64,000 nucleotides of DNA from an uncultured Alphaproteobacteria bacterium (GCA_904502095.1 CAJGDG010000001.1:2242-66241); one strand, 5' to 3'. Positions 47,857 to 58,456 are shown, counted from the first letter of the stretch. Translations and numbers: made by a program. Notes: generated by a model not told the origin, from the letters alone.

Positions 47857-48426
47857 TTATTTTGCGCGTTCAACATATTCCAATGTTTCGGTGTTAACAA
47901 CAATTTTTTCACCTTGTTCGATAAACAATGGTACCTGGACACGAACGCCGTTATCCAAAATCGCAGGTTTGCCGCCGCTGCTGGATACTGTTTGGCCCTT
48001 TAATGCAGGTTCTGTTTCTTCAACGGTTGCAACAACTGTTTTTGGCAATGAAATAGATACTGGTTGACCTTCAACAAAGTTGGCCTTTACAACCATTTCA
48101 GGGGCCAAAAATTTCATTGATTCGCCTAATGAATCGACCGGCATTGTAAATTGTTCATAATCAGACAGGTTCATAAAGAACGCGTCTGTGCCGTCTGCAT
48201 ACAAATATTGGCAATCAAAATCTTCGACCATCAATTTTTCAACCTTGTCTTCGGCGCGCCAGCGGTCGCCACCTTTGTTGCCCGAATCAATGTCGCGCAG
48301 GTCTGCCTGGACAAATGCGCCGCCTTTGCCAGGTTTAACCTTGGTAATAGATGTGACGGAATAACGTTTGCCATTGTGTGAAATAACCCAGCCCACACGC
48401 ATATCATTTGCAATATATGATGCCAT
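47857..48426 (-). CDS. efp: Elongation factor P
   Basis: MASYIANDMRVG...KPGKGGAFV... is the EF-P KPGKG loop. About 190 aa. Confidence 0.9.
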   Translation of the reverse strand: MASYIANDMRVGWVISHNGKRYSVTSITKVKPGKGGAFVQADLRDIDSGNKGGDRWRAEDKVEKLMVEDFDCQYLYADGTDAFFMNLSDYEQFTMPVDSLGESMKFLAPEMVVKANFVEGQPVSISLPKTVVATVEETEPALKGQTVSSSGGKPAILDNGVRVQVPLFIEQGEKIVVNTETLEYVERAK

Positions 48427-48494
48427 TATAAATACCCCTTGGTTTAAATTAGTCTTGTGATTATACGAACCAATTGTTTGAACGCAAGTTTTTT

Positions 48495-49037
48495 TTATTG
48501 TGCGCCGCGTTTGTGTGCCCAATATCTGTCAATACTGTCCGCGATAATTTTGTCGGCAGATTCACGATTTGCCCACCCCAGTACTTTGGACCACGCATTT
48601 GGTTGCAGGTCTTTGTAATGTTGGAAGAAATATTTTATTTTAGAACGCAAAATCGCCGGCAATTGGTCAATGTATTCTGTTTCTGTATAAAATGGGTCGA
48701 CTTTGTCCAGTGGAACGCAGATGATTTTTTCGTCACCACCAGCCTGGTCTTCCATTAACAGGGCGCCAATCGGGCGGACTTCAATTAAAATACCAGGACG
48801 CAGTGGTGCGTTGCAGACAACAACGCAATCCAATGGGTCGCCGTCATCGCCCAATGTGCCAGGAAAATAACCATAGTTTGCAGGATATGCCATCGGAGCG
48901 TGCAATATACGGTCTGCTTTTAATAGACCTGTTTCTTTGTCAATTTCATATTTAACATAGCCGCCTTCGGGTACTTCGATAATGGCGTTCATTTGTTTTG
49001 GTGGCATTGCCCCTGCGGTAATTTTTTCAAGAGTCAT
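48495..49037 (-). CDS. ppa: Inorganic pyrophosphatase
   Basis: ..IIEVPEGGYVKYEIDKETGLL..DRIL..YPANYGYFPGTLGDDGDPLD.. Confidence 0.9.
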   Translation of the reverse strand: MTLEKITAGAMPPKQMNAIIEVPEGGYVKYEIDKETGLLKADRILHAPMAYPANYGYFPGTLGDDGDPLDCVVVCNAPLRPGILIEVRPIGALLMEDQAGGDEKIICVPLDKVDPFYTETEYIDQLPAILRSKIKYFFQHYKDLQPNAWSKVLGWANRESADKIIADSIDRYWAHKRGAQ

Positions 49038-49068
49038 AGTTTTCCTTTATTCTTTGTTTTTGTTGTGT

Positions 49069-50064
49069 TTATACAACTTCGGTCACAGCGCGCAGTGCGC
49101 CGTCACGCGATAGTTGAACAACACGTATTTTCTTTTTCATTTCTGCAATTAGATCTGTGCGATCGTATGCAGGCTGTGTGTGTAAAATTCGGTCCGCGAA
49201 TGCAGCGTATGCTGCCTCGGCACTTTCGGCGTGGATTGTCGTATAGAAGTGATCGTGCCCAGTGCCCAGCATTTCCCATAAAACAGCCGCATTGTCTGTT
49301 GATATTTCCCCGCCGATAATTACATCAGGTGTCATGCGAACAACCAAGTCTAACAGGCGCGCATAGTTAAAGTCGTTGTTTTGTTCCGTGCGCGATAAAA
49401 CAAAGTGAACCCGATTCGCCTGGGGGACGCGGATTTCACGTGCGTCTTCAACGGTTATAACACGACTGTTTTGATTAATCAAGGTTAACATATGATTTAA
49501 AAAGGTTGTTTTCCCGGTCGAAGTTGCGCCGCTGATTAAAATAGGACTGCCATCATTGATTGCAGTCATCAGACGTTCATACGGGTCGTCTGGCCGTTGT
49601 TTTTCGCGTGGTTTAACCTTTAATAATTTTTCCCCACGGCGCAGATGATAATTTTCAAAACTGGTTTCGTGTACACCGCCACCACGGATGTTCATAGCCA
49701 CACCACCCGTCACATCATCTTCGTCGTATTGAACATTTGGACCCGCAATTGCAGAAAAACGATGGTTGCCAGGCAGTGTTGCGTAAACGACAGGTATGCC
49801 GTGTGTCGGATTAAATGGGCGGTCATATATATTTGCCACAGTATGTATTAAATCAACCAAGTACTGTTTGCTTAAAGTTTCTGATTTGTGTGAAACCCAT
49901 GGAACGCGCGCGCCGTGCAGACGCATCCATACTTCGCCTGCGCGGTTAATCGCAATTTCTTCGACGAATGACGGCGAATAATATTCTTCCAATGGTTTTA
50001 ATAAAGATTCTAGAACTATGTTTGCCATTAATATGATTTTATCATAAATCCTGACTTGAATCAA
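49069..50064 (-). CDS. VirB11/TrbB-family secretion ATPase (orphan). Alternative start at 50028.
   Basis: Walker A ILISGATSTGKTTFLN. Asp box VITVEDAREI. His box TGHDHFYTTIHAESA. About 330 aa, as for VirB11. Confidence 0.6.
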   Translation of the reverse strand: MIQVRIYDKIILMANIVLESLLKPLEEYYSPSFVEEIAINRAGEVWMRLHGARVPWVSHKSETLSKQYLVDLIHTVANIYDRPFNPTHGIPVVYATLPGNHRFSAIAGPNVQYDEDDVTGGVAMNIRGGGVHETSFENYHLRRGEKLLKVKPREKQRPDDPYERLMTAINDGSPILISGATSTGKTTFLNHMLTLINQNSRVITVEDAREIRVPQANRVHFVLSRTEQNNDFNYARLLDLVVRMTPDVIIGGEISTDNAAVLWEMLGTGHDHFYTTIHAESAEAAYAAFADRILHTQPAYDRTDLIAEMKKKIRVVQLSRDGALRAVTEVV

Positions 50065-50105
50065 AACAGTTTATTTGATAAAATTAAAAAAAAAGAGAGA
50101 TACAT

Positions 50106-50669
50106 ATGAAATCAAAATTTTTATTCGCAGTATTGTCGGTCTTGACTTTGGTGGGTTGTGCAACAGATAACACAATGCCATACAATGAAAAAGACTTTGC
50201 ACAGGGTGGCGCAGATGCGCCGCTGTATAATGAACGCACCAGTGAATTTATGCAGGCAAACAATCAATATTCTAATATCGATTCGTTTAAACCGAAAACT
50301 GCGGCAGAAAAAGAACAAACCAGTAATCGTTGGAATACTTCGCGCAAAGAAACTCGTTGGCAAGAATATAAGGGTACAATGGTGCGTGTTGAAATTTTGC
50401 TGGGTAATACTGATATGCGTGAAATGCGTCTGCGTATGATGCAAAATGCAGATGGTATGGATATCGATGGTGATGCGCGTTCTGTTCTGGCTGCGGTTGC
50501 AGATTATGAAATGAAACGTATTTGTGGTCGTAATGCGGACAGTATTGTAATGGTGTACGATGCTCCATCGTTTGATGTTATGCGCCCAACGCCTTATTTT
50601 GATTATAGGATAGAGGCAGAAGGTACAACAATGCGTGAATATGGTTTCAGGTGTGTTTATAACAAATAA
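50106..50669 (+). CDS. Lipoprotein, hypothetical
   Basis: Lipobox MKSKFLFAVLSVLTLVGC. Confidence 0.5.
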   Translation: MKSKFLFAVLSVLTLVGCATDNTMPYNEKDFAQGGADAPLYNERTSEFMQANNQYSNIDSFKPKTAAEKEQTSNRWNTSRKETRWQEYKGTMVRVEILLGNTDMREMRLRMMQNADGMDIDGDARSVLAAVADYEMKRICGRNADSIVMVYDAPSFDVMRPTPYFDYRIEAEGTTMREYGFRCVYNK

Positions 50670-50686
50670 AAAGAAAGGGGTGAAAA

Positions 50687-51016
50687 ATGAAAAAAATTGT
50701 TTCTGTTTTGGGTTTGTTGTCTGTTGTCGGTTTGACAGGTTGCGATTCGAAAGTTGTTGCAGAAAATGGTGATACAGTTGTTATTAATTTTGCGGGCTTT
50801 TTGGATGGTGTTCAATTCCCTGGTGGTACAGCTGAAAATTTTGAATTGAAATTGGGTAGCGGTATGTTTGTACCTGGCTTTGAAGAACAGGTTGTTGGTA
50901 TGGCCGAAGGTGAAGAGCGTGATGTTAATATCACTTTCCCCGAAAAATATGTAGAAGGTTTAGCAGGAAAACCTGTTGTGTTCAAAGTTAAAGTGGTTGA
51001 TGTTTTAAATAAATAA
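50687..51016 (+). CDS. FKBP-type peptidyl-prolyl cis-trans isomerase (lipoprotein)
   Basis: Lipobox LTGC. FKBP fold motifs [41 protein letters not shown]. Confidence 0.75.
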   Translation: MKKIVSVLGLLSVVGLTGCDSKVVAENGDTVVINFAGFLDGVQFPGGTAENFELKLGSGMFVPGFEEQVVGMAEGEERDVNITFPEKYVEGLAGKPVVFKVKVVDVLNK

Positions 51017-51045
51017 AAAAAACCGCCATTTGGCGGTTTTTTGTT
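51014..51045 (+). terminator. Intrinsic terminator (aaccgcca..tggcggtt family)
   Basis: aaaaaaaaccgccatttggcggttttttgttt. Confidence 0.7.
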
Positions 51046-51060
51046 TATAATACGATTCGT

Positions 51061-51702
51061 ATGAAATTGGAATCTGATGGAATCTTAATTGGTATTAAAC
51101 CGTTCAGTGAACGCGATTCGGTTGCGCGTATTTTTACACGCGACTTTGGTGTGCTGGTTGGAATGTTGCGGGGCGCAAATGTTGCCAAAATCAACAAACC
51201 GTTGGTTGGACAAATTGGTGGCTGTGTGTGGAACGCGCGGCTGGATTCGCAATTGGGGGTCTTTCATTGGGGGGCAGAGAAAAATTTAGTAGCGCCATTG
51301 ATGACACAAAGTTCTGTGTTGATGCGTGCTAATTCTGCGTTTGATTTGTTGTGTGCGTTATTGCCGGAACGCGAATCGTATGCACAGTTGTATGACGATA
51401 CGCTTTGTTTGCTTCGAAATTTGTTGTTTGATGATGCTGCATATTTAAAGTGGGAAATTAATTTATTACGTGAATTAGGGTATGCCTTGGATTTAAGCCG
51501 GTGTTCTGGGTGTGGGACGACTGACAATTTAAACTTTTTATCGCCGCGAACTGGGCGTGCGGTGTGTGATGTATGCGCTGCGCCATATATAAATAAATTG
51601 TATAAATTGCCAGTGGATTTGACTGTGACGGGACGTTTTTTGGATGCTGTATGTGTGGGGCAGGGTATACAAATGCCTGTGATGCGAAAACTGTTAAAAT
51701 AA
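51061..51702 (+). CDS. recO: DNA repair protein RecO
   Basis: N-terminal OB region (..GIKPFSERDSVARIFTRDFG..). C-terminal 4-Cys zinc motif CSGCG..CDVC. 213 aa. Confidence 0.6.
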   Translation: MKLESDGILIGIKPFSERDSVARIFTRDFGVLVGMLRGANVAKINKPLVGQIGGCVWNARLDSQLGVFHWGAEKNLVAPLMTQSSVLMRANSAFDLLCALLPERESYAQLYDDTLCLLRNLLFDDAAYLKWEINLLRELGYALDLSRCSGCGTTDNLNFLSPRTGRAVCDVCAAPYINKLYKLPVDLTVTGRFLDAVCVGQGIQMPVMRKLLK

Positions 51703-51773
51703 TCGTATTTATTCCTTGCGATTTTCTGTGGATTTGCTATTGTTGTCTTGTTCAAACAGAAAAGGAGAAAAAC

Positions 51774-52595
51774 ATGACTTGGACAATTTTGGTACTGGTA
51801 TTGGGTATCGCATTGTATGTCTTTTCTGGCAAACTGGTAAAACAGAATGCAAAAAAGGCTGCAGATATTTCATACACAAAAAAAGCAATTAATGTTGTTG
51901 CATGGTTGTTGATGGCTGGTGCGGTTTGCCGCTTGGTTGTCCCAACTTACTTGGTTGATGTAAACCCGTCTATCATTCAAGAAATGGTTGAAAGCATGCA
52001 GGAAAAACAGCAGGCTGAAAAAAATAAATTGGTTCGCAAATATGTTCGTGAACACGCCGATGAAATGAGTGCAGATGCGCCAATTTTGGGTAATGAATCT
52101 GCTGAAAAAACAATCTATGTATGGACTGCTGCTTCTTGTGGCTATTGCCGTCGTGTACATGGTGAATTGGAAAGCGTTTTGTCAGAACGTGATGATGTTC
52201 GCGTTGTTATCAAAAACTTCTCTATCCATGGTGTAATGAGTGACGCACCAGCACGCGCAATGATTGCTGCTAAATTACAGGGCAATGACAAAGCTGCAAA
52301 GTTGGTTGATATGATTATGACACGTGAATATCGTCCACAGGGCAAGTCAGAAGATCCTGCAAAATTAGCAAAAGAAATTGAAAGCAATATTATGAAATTT
52401 GCAAAAGAAGCAGGTTTGGATACAGAAAAGCTGAAACAAGATATGAATGGCGAAGTTGTTGCACGCGAATTGAAAAATGTTCGTGACTTGGCACAACAGT
52501 TCGAAATTTCTGGCACACCGTTCTTGATTATCAATGAACAGGCGTTCCCAGGTGCTGTTCCAGCCAGCCAAATCAAAGCTGCTTTGGATAAATAA
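51774..52595 (+). CDS. DsbA-family thiol:disulfide oxidoreductase with N-terminal TM anchor
   Basis: AAAGGAG RBS. TM helix. Thioredoxin CxxC active site WTAASCGYCRR. C-terminal ..FEISGTPFLIINEQAFPGAVP. Confidence 0.7.
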   Translation: MTWTILVLVLGIALYVFSGKLVKQNAKKAADISYTKKAINVVAWLLMAGAVCRLVVPTYLVDVNPSIIQEMVESMQEKQQAEKNKLVRKYVREHADEMSADAPILGNESAEKTIYVWTAASCGYCRRVHGELESVLSERDDVRVVIKNFSIHGVMSDAPARAMIAAKLQGNDKAAKLVDMIMTREYRPQGKSEDPAKLAKEIESNIMKFAKEAGLDTEKLKQDMNGEVVARELKNVRDLAQQFEISGTPFLIINEQAFPGAVPASQIKAALDK

Positions 52596-52609
52596 TAATT
52601 TGTCTGAAA

Positions 52610-52640
52610 ATAAAAAAACCGCCAATTGGCGGTTTTTTGT
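52610..52640. terminator. Bidirectional terminator (aaccgcca..tggcggtt family)
   Basis: aaaaaaaccgccaattggcggttttttgtt. Confidence 0.7.
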
Positions 52641-52978
52641 TATCTTTGTTTAATTTTTATTTCTAAATAAGCCAATTCTTCGGCAAAGTCGACCAATGTT
52701 TCGCCCATTAAAAAACTGTTAGATTGGGCGGCACTGTAATCGTTGCGATTGGCGTCCAACATTTTAAATGCCTCAGATACGGCGTCTTTGCGCATAAACA
52801 GGTTGCGTAATGCCTCGTTAAAAGCGGCCGGGTTATAGCCAGATTTTTTTACTGTTTCTAATAATTGCTGTGCTTGTCCGCGACATTTTTTTGCCAATTC
52901 AATGCGTTTTTCGGTGTCTTTACGGGCTGCGCGTGCGCGTTCAGCTTCTATCAAATAAAATCCAGGTGTGTGTGTCAT
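52640..52978 (-). CDS. Hypothetical helical protein (112 aa)
   Basis: ORF with a promoter-like TTGACA..TATATT element immediately upstream. The leader is very short or absent. Confidence 0.4.
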   Translation of the reverse strand: MTHTPGFYLIEAERARAARKDTEKRIELAKKCRGQAQQLLETVKKSGYNPAAFNEALRNLFMRKDAVSEAFKMLDANRNDYSAAQSNSFLMGETLVDFAEELAYLEIKIKQR

Positions 52979-53122
52979 AGTGGATTAAATATAGTATAAA
53001 ATTGTCATTTGTCAATGTTTTTTGCAGGGGTTGTTTTTTTATGGTTTTTTATTATATATATGTTAAATTTGCGAACCGATGAAAAATGTGATATAATTTC
53101 ACAGAAAATAAAGGATTTTATT

Positions 53123-53704
53123 ATGGCACTTATTCCAATGGTTATCGAAGAGTCGCCACGTGGTGAACGTTCTTTTGATATTTATTCGCGTTTATTGCGT
53201 GACAGAATTGTTATGGTTAATGGTCAGATTGAACCAACAATGGCAAACAGTATTGTGGCACAATTGTTATTTTTGGAATCTGAAAATCCAAATGCTGATA
53301 TTTCTATGTATATCAACAGCCCTGGGGGTGATGTGTCTGCGGGTTGGGCGATTATGGATACTATGCAGTATATCAAGGCGCCTGTATCAACAATTGGTAT
53401 GGGGTTGGTTGCGTCTATGGGCTCTGTGCTGTTGGCGGCGGGTGAAAAAGGCAAACGCTTTGTTTTGCCAAATACCCAGATTATGATTCATCAGCCGTTG
53501 GCCGGCGCCGAAGGGCAAATTACTGATATGGAAATCAGAATGGCGCAATATCAAAAAAATAAAAAGACCCTTATTAAACAAATGTCGGAATTCACAGGTC
53601 GCAAAGAAAAAGAACTGTTCGATGCGATGGAGCGTGATAATTGGATGAACCCGACCGAGGCTAAAGATTTCGGCTTGATTGACGGTATTTTGGAAAGAAA
53701 ATAA
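53123..53704 (+). CDS. clpP: ATP-dependent Clp protease proteolytic subunit
   Basis: [30 protein letters not shown]... GLVASMGS is the catalytic Ser region. AAAGGA RBS. Confidence 0.9.
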   Translation: MALIPMVIEESPRGERSFDIYSRLLRDRIVMVNGQIEPTMANSIVAQLLFLESENPNADISMYINSPGGDVSAGWAIMDTMQYIKAPVSTIGMGLVASMGSVLLAAGEKGKRFVLPNTQIMIHQPLAGAEGQITDMEIRMAQYQKNKKTLIKQMSEFTGRKEKELFDAMERDNWMNPTEAKDFGLIDGILERK

Positions 53705-53727
53705 TTTAAAAATCTTGGGGATGGATA

Positions 53728-54990
53728 ATGAGCGACGATAAAACAACACAAAGCCCGGATAATAATCAGCAGTTTTGCAGTTTTTGTGGCAAGGCTGTGT
53801 ATGAAGTAAAAAAACTGGTCAGCGGTCGTAATGTTTGCATTTGCGATGAATGTATCAATCTGTGTAATGATATTATGGCAGATGATAATCGTCGTGAAGT
53901 CAGCAAAGATGCAGAAAAATTACCAACGCCATCGCAAATATATGAATTTTTAAATGAATATATTATTGGACAAGATGCGGCAAAGCGTACCCTGGCAGTG
54001 GCGGTTTATAACCACTTTAAGCGCCATAGTGTCGCGTTGGCAAATAATGTTGAAATTCAAAAATCAAATGTTTTGCTGATTGGGTCAACAGGTACTGGGA
54101 AAACCCTGATCGCGCAAACATTGGCGCGCATTCTGGATGTGCCATTTGCGATTGCGGACGCTACAACATTGACCGAAGCAGGTTATGTTGGCGATGATGT
54201 GGAAAGCGTTTTAACGCGTTTGTTGCAAAATGCGAATTTTGATGTTGAACGCGCCAGTCGTGGAATTATCTATATCGACGAAATCGACAAGATTTCGCGC
54301 AAATCTGAAAACCCATCTTTGACACGTGATGTGTCTGGCGAAGGTGTGCAACAGGCTTTGTTAAAATTAATCGAAGGTACTGTTGCAAATGTGCCGGCCG
54401 GTGGCGCAGGGCGCAAGCATCCAGGCGAAGCGACTGTTCAATTGGATACCAGCAAGATTTTGTTCATTTGTGGCGGGGCGTTCGATGGGCTGAACAAAAT
54501 TATTGGTAATCGTACATGTGAAAGACGCGGCATTGGTTTTGGGGCGCATGTAGAATCCAAGGCTGAACGCGAATCAAAAGACTTTTTGAAAGATGTTGAA
54601 CCAGAAGATTTGGTTAAATTTGGCATTATTCCAGAATTAATTGGTCGATTGCCGGTAATTACGACTTTGCAAGAATTGGATGAAGACGCATTGGTTAAAA
54701 TTTTGACAGAACCAAAAAATGCGATTGTAAAACAGTTTACTGCAATGTTGGCGATGGACGATGTTAAATTGAATATCACAGATGATGGTTTGCGCGAAAT
54801 TGCAAAAATGGCGGTTGCGCGTAAAACAGGGGCTCGTGGTTTGCGCAGTATTTTGGAGCGCATTTTGATGCAACCTATGTTTGATGCACCAGACAAAGAT
54901 GATTTGGCTGAAATTATCATTGATGCTGATGTTGTCCGTGGTACCAAGGCGCCCGTGGAAAAGTTAAAAGAAGCAAAGAAAGCCGCTTGA
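53728..54990 (+). CDS. clpX: ATP-dependent Clp protease ATP-binding subunit ClpX
   Basis: Zinc-binding CSFCGK..C..C. Walker A GSTGTGKT. ClpX-specific motifs. Confidence 0.9.
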   Translation: MSDDKTTQSPDNNQQFCSFCGKAVYEVKKLVSGRNVCICDECINLCNDIMADDNRREVSKDAEKLPTPSQIYEFLNEYIIGQDAAKRTLAVAVYNHFKRHSVALANNVEIQKSNVLLIGSTGTGKTLIAQTLARILDVPFAIADATTLTEAGYVGDDVESVLTRLLQNANFDVERASRGIIYIDEIDKISRKSENPSLTRDVSGEGVQQALLKLIEGTVANVPAGGAGRKHPGEATVQLDTSKILFICGGAFDGLNKIIGNRTCERRGIGFGAHVESKAERESKDFLKDVEPEDLVKFGIIPELIGRLPVITTLQELDEDALVKILTEPKNAIVKQFTAMLAMDDVKLNITDDGLREIAKMAVARKTGARGLRSILERILMQPMFDAPDKDDLAEIIIDADVVRGTKAPVEKLKEAKKAA

Positions 54991-54991
54991 G

Positions 54992-55016
54992 AAAATCCCC
55001 GTTTGGGGATTTTTTA
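54992..55016 (+). terminator. Intrinsic terminator (aaatcccc..ggggattt family)
   Basis: gaaaatccccgtttggggatttttt. Confidence 0.7.
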
Positions 55017-55160
55017 AATTCTTGGCCTTTTTACCGCCGCATTTTGTGTCATCTTCGATTGATGTGCCACAAATAAATCCGTATTCATAGTAGGTGTTGC
55101 GATAACAATTGCCGCTGCCTTTCTATTGTTGAATATTACGATTTTTTGCAATATAAAATT

Positions 55161-56084
55161 TTATTTTTCAAATACAGAAAATATTTCCCAATGTGCGCTG
55201 CCACAAAATTGGTCCACGGGTATCAATGTTTTTAGTTCGTATCCACCGCGGCTCAAGATTTCCGCGTCGCTTTTAAATGTGTTTGGATTGCACGATATAT
55301 ATACTATGCGTTTAATATTGCTGCGAATTAATTCGCGACATTGTGCGTTTGCGCCTGCACGTGGTGGGTCCATTATCACACAATCATACTGATTCAACAT
55401 ACCGACGGTTAATGGATGTGTGAATAAATTCCTTGTCACGCCTGTACCAACAATATCAAATCCAGTTGCGTTGGTCGCAAATGTAAAATTGCCCAGCCCA
55501 CAAAATAAATCTGCCACGCGTGAATAATTGTGCGTATGCTTCTTTACCAATTCGCGCAGCGTGTCCGCGCCAACAATGCTGGGTTGTAAAAAAGCACCTG
55601 ATGGGTAATCAACTGTTTTATCCCCGAACTTTATTTGTGGGGTCGCAGTTTGCTTTATAACTTTGTCATTCCAGGTTATGCGTATAGCAGGCAATTCGTT
55701 TGCTGCCATACGAAATTCGTTGGTAAAATACGGTACATCTGATGTTATTGCAATGTCGATGCCGTTTTCACACTCGGTTATTAAACAGGCGCCCGCACAG
55801 CTCCATGGTAATGCCGCCATTTGTGGTAAAATCTTATTTATCTTTTCAGACAGGTTTGGACAATTTGTAATTGGCACTATGTTTTTAGATTGGGCCTGAA
55901 AAAAACCAAACGCATTTGGCGCAAAGCAAAAATCAGCCCGTCTGCGTGTGCCAGGCGCGACCCAGATTGCATCATCTGTTGTGGGGACGCCACGCAATGT
56001 CGCCAATTTTTTTTCACGATAATCTGGGGATGTAAAATCATATTTACAGCCGCCACATTTGCCAAACAGTGGACAGGTTTTCAT
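55161..56084 (-). CDS. RNA (uracil-C5)-methyltransferase, TrmA/RlmD family. No TRAM domain.
   Basis: N-terminal Fe-S Cys cluster MKTCPLFGKCGGCKY. SAM motif DPPRAGA. Catalytic Cys region VDQFCGSAH. Confidence 0.55.
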   Translation of the reverse strand: MKTCPLFGKCGGCKYDFTSPDYREKKLATLRGVPTTDDAIWVAPGTRRRADFCFAPNAFGFFQAQSKNIVPITNCPNLSEKINKILPQMAALPWSCAGACLITECENGIDIAITSDVPYFTNEFRMAANELPAIRITWNDKVIKQTATPQIKFGDKTVDYPSGAFLQPSIVGADTLRELVKKHTHNYSRVADLFCGLGNFTFATNATGFDIVGTGVTRNLFTHPLTVGMLNQYDCVIMDPPRAGANAQCRELIRSNIKRIVYISCNPNTFKSDAEILSRGGYELKTLIPVDQFCGSAHWEIFSVFEK

Positions 56085-56098
56085 TATTTTTTCACCCG

Positions 56099-56761
56099 TT
56101 AAAAATGAACACGTGCGCCTGCGCGAAATGTGTGTGCAAATGGCGAAAAGTCAGAAACTGTATTGGTCGATGCGTCAAATATATATGTATATCTGTATCC
56201 GAAATCCAGTGCAAATATGTCGTTGAATTCAACGCCAACACCCGCCAATGCCGCCATGGCAAATGATGTATTGCTGTCCATTTTTATGCCATTATCGCTG
56301 TCGTTCCACGCCAGACCCGCGCCTGCACCGACATACGGTACAAATGCTTGTGTGCGGAATAATCTGTACAGACCATCAATGCGCGCATCAAAAATTGCGT
56401 TTATAAATGCTGTGTTAGATGTAAACGACAATGTGTCCCATTTTGCATCGTTTTTGACATAGTTCGCTTCAACCCTGAAAGTGTCTGTTGCGCGAACGCC
56501 CGCCACCAATTCAAATGAAGATGCGTTTTTGCCGCTTAATTTGATGTTTTGGTCGTTGGTATAATCAGACCACATGGAATAATTATACATCCCGCCAATG
56601 TAAAAACGGCGGCGCTGTGCCAATGTTTGTTCAAACGAATCGGTTTCAGATATCTTGGTTTGTTCAACGCGGTAAATTATGCCCGCATTTGATTCAAAAA
56701 AAGGTAATGCAATTAATAATAATGGTAATAAAAATTTTGTTTTCATTTTTGTATCCCCCAA
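56099..56761 (-). CDS. Outer-membrane beta-barrel protein (OmpA-like / OmpW-like small barrel)
   Basis: Signal peptide. Alternating aromatic beta-strands. C-terminal ..GARVHF. Confidence 0.6.
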   Translation of the reverse strand: MGDTKMKTKFLLPLLLIALPFFESNAGIIYRVEQTKISETDSFEQTLAQRRRFYIGGMYNYSMWSDYTNDQNIKLSGKNASSFELVAGVRATDTFRVEANYVKNDAKWDTLSFTSNTAFINAIFDARIDGLYRLFRTQAFVPYVGAGAGLAWNDSDNGIKMDSNTSFAMAALAGVGVEFNDIFALDFGYRYTYIFDASTNTVSDFSPFAHTFRAGARVHF

Positions 56762-56764
56762 ACC

Positions 56765-57538
56765 TTAGAAATTAGCACGAACACTGGCGATTATATTGCT
56801 GATGCTGTTGACGCCGCCGTTTGATGCGTCCCAACCAAAGCCGTTGCCAATCATCATCTGATACTGGTATGCAATGTCAACACCTATTAAATCGGTTAAT
56901 GCGATGTTCAGCCCCAATGTTGCACGTGGTGCCGCAATAACTGCGCCGTCTGCACCATTTGCGCCTTGGAACCCATACGCGCCAAATGCAACACCTAATC
57001 CCATAAATGGCACAAATGTGCGGCGTTTGGTAATGTCGCCAGTTTGTACATAGCGACGCGCAAAGTCGAAATACAATGTGCCACCAACTGTATTATAGTT
57101 TGCAGATTGTTTTGGCATATCTTTGAAATTCAGGGTCATGTGTTGAAAATCAATTTCTGTGCGTACATATGATGATAAATTCCAGCCCAGACCAATTTGT
57201 GTGGTATAACTGTTTGATTTCGTGGCGCGCGTTGATCCAAAATAATCCGCAGAATCAGTCAAAAATCCCAGGTTTAATCCGCCCCCCATGCGCACATACA
57301 TTGATGTTGGGATAAACATTTGCATATCATCAGGGTTAACAGCGTCCGCTGTTTCATATACTGCAACGCCCAGTTCGCCAGGGGCAGGGGTTGGTTCTTC
57401 TTCAACAACTGTTTGAACTGTTGCGATGTCCAGACCCGTTAAAACTTCGCCTTTAAATTTTTGGTCGCTGTATTCAGCAAATGCGTTCGACGCAATTAAA
57501 ACAGCTGTCAATGATATTGCATATGATATTTTTTTCAT
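56765..57538 (-). CDS. Outer-membrane beta-barrel protein (paralog of the previous gene)
   Basis: Signal peptide MKKISYAISLTAVLIASNAFA. Beta-strand pattern. Terminal ..VRANF. Confidence 0.6.
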   Translation of the reverse strand: MKKISYAISLTAVLIASNAFAEYSDQKFKGEVLTGLDIATVQTVVEEEPTPAPGELGVAVYETADAVNPDDMQMFIPTSMYVRMGGGLNLGFLTDSADYFGSTRATKSNSYTTQIGLGWNLSSYVRTEIDFQHMTLNFKDMPKQSANYNTVGGTLYFDFARRYVQTGDITKRRTFVPFMGLGVAFGAYGFQGANGADGAVIAAPRATLGLNIALTDLIGVDIAYQYQMMIGNGFGWDASNGGVNSISNIIASVRANF

Positions 57539-57627
57539 TTTTTTACCTGATATTTTTATTTCTTTTTACTGATTTTATCATAAATTGCAACTTGATTCCA
57601 GTCTGTTTTATGCGTACCATAGTAATT

Positions 57628-58455
57628 ATGAAAAACAAAAATACAGATAAAAAAATAGCAGTTATTGCAGGTGCGTTGGATTTACCGTTCTTGACGCGTG
57701 ATGCGCTGAAACGCGCAGGCTGGGATGTGTTTGTCATAGGGCTAAAGAATTTTTATGACCCGCGTTTAAATCCTGATATGGTAATCAGACTGGGTGGGGC
57801 GGGGCCTGCGGTGCGTATGGCGCGAAAATTAGGAATAAAAAAGATTACATTTGTTGGCGCGTTGGGGCATCCTGATTTGTCTGATTTGCGTCCTGATTTT
57901 TGGACTTTGCGCGCATTGTTAAAAATAATTAAACATCAACGGGGGTATGATTCAATGGCTGTGGCTGTAAATAAAGTTTTGGAAAAACAAGGATTCGAAG
58001 TTGTAGCGGCCCAGGATTTGGCGCCTGAATTGGCGTTTCAAAATGCTGGGGTTCAGACTAAAAAGAAGCCAAGCGCGGCAGATAAAAAGAATATTGAACG
58101 CGCGATAGAGGTTTCGCATACTATTGGTGCGGCTGATATTGGTGCGTCTGTTGTAGTTGATAAAATGGTCGTTGCAGTCGAAGCGGCCGAAGGTACTGCA
58201 AAAATGTTGGAACGCGTGGTTGATATGCGTAAAAATAAAAGAAAAGTATCTGGCGTGTTTGCAAAAATGACCAAGCCGGGTCAGGATTTGCGTATTGATA
58301 TTCCTGCAATTGGGGTTGATACGGTAAATGCGGTCGCGGCGGCAAAATTGCGCGGGATTGTTGTTAATACCAAGACTTGCTTTGTTGTTAATCGTGACGC
58401 TGTGATAAAGCAGGCAGATAAATTGGGAATATTTATTGTGGCATTAGACGAATAA
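57628..58455 (+). CDS. lpxI: UDP-2,3-diacylglucosamine pyrophosphatase LpxI
   Basis: Collinear with Caulobacter LpxI: IAVIAGALDLP.., DIGASVVVDKMVVAVEAAEGTAKML, KPGQDLRIDIPAIGVDTV. Confidence 0.85.
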   Translation: MKNKNTDKKIAVIAGALDLPFLTRDALKRAGWDVFVIGLKNFYDPRLNPDMVIRLGGAGPAVRMARKLGIKKITFVGALGHPDLSDLRPDFWTLRALLKIIKHQRGYDSMAVAVNKVLEKQGFEVVAAQDLAPELAFQNAGVQTKKKPSAADKKNIERAIEVSHTIGAADIGASVVVDKMVVAVEAAEGTAKMLERVVDMRKNKRKVSGVFAKMTKPGQDLRIDIPAIGVDTVNAVAAAKLRGIVVNTKTCFVVNRDAVIKQADKLGIFIVALDE

Positions 58456-58456
58456 G

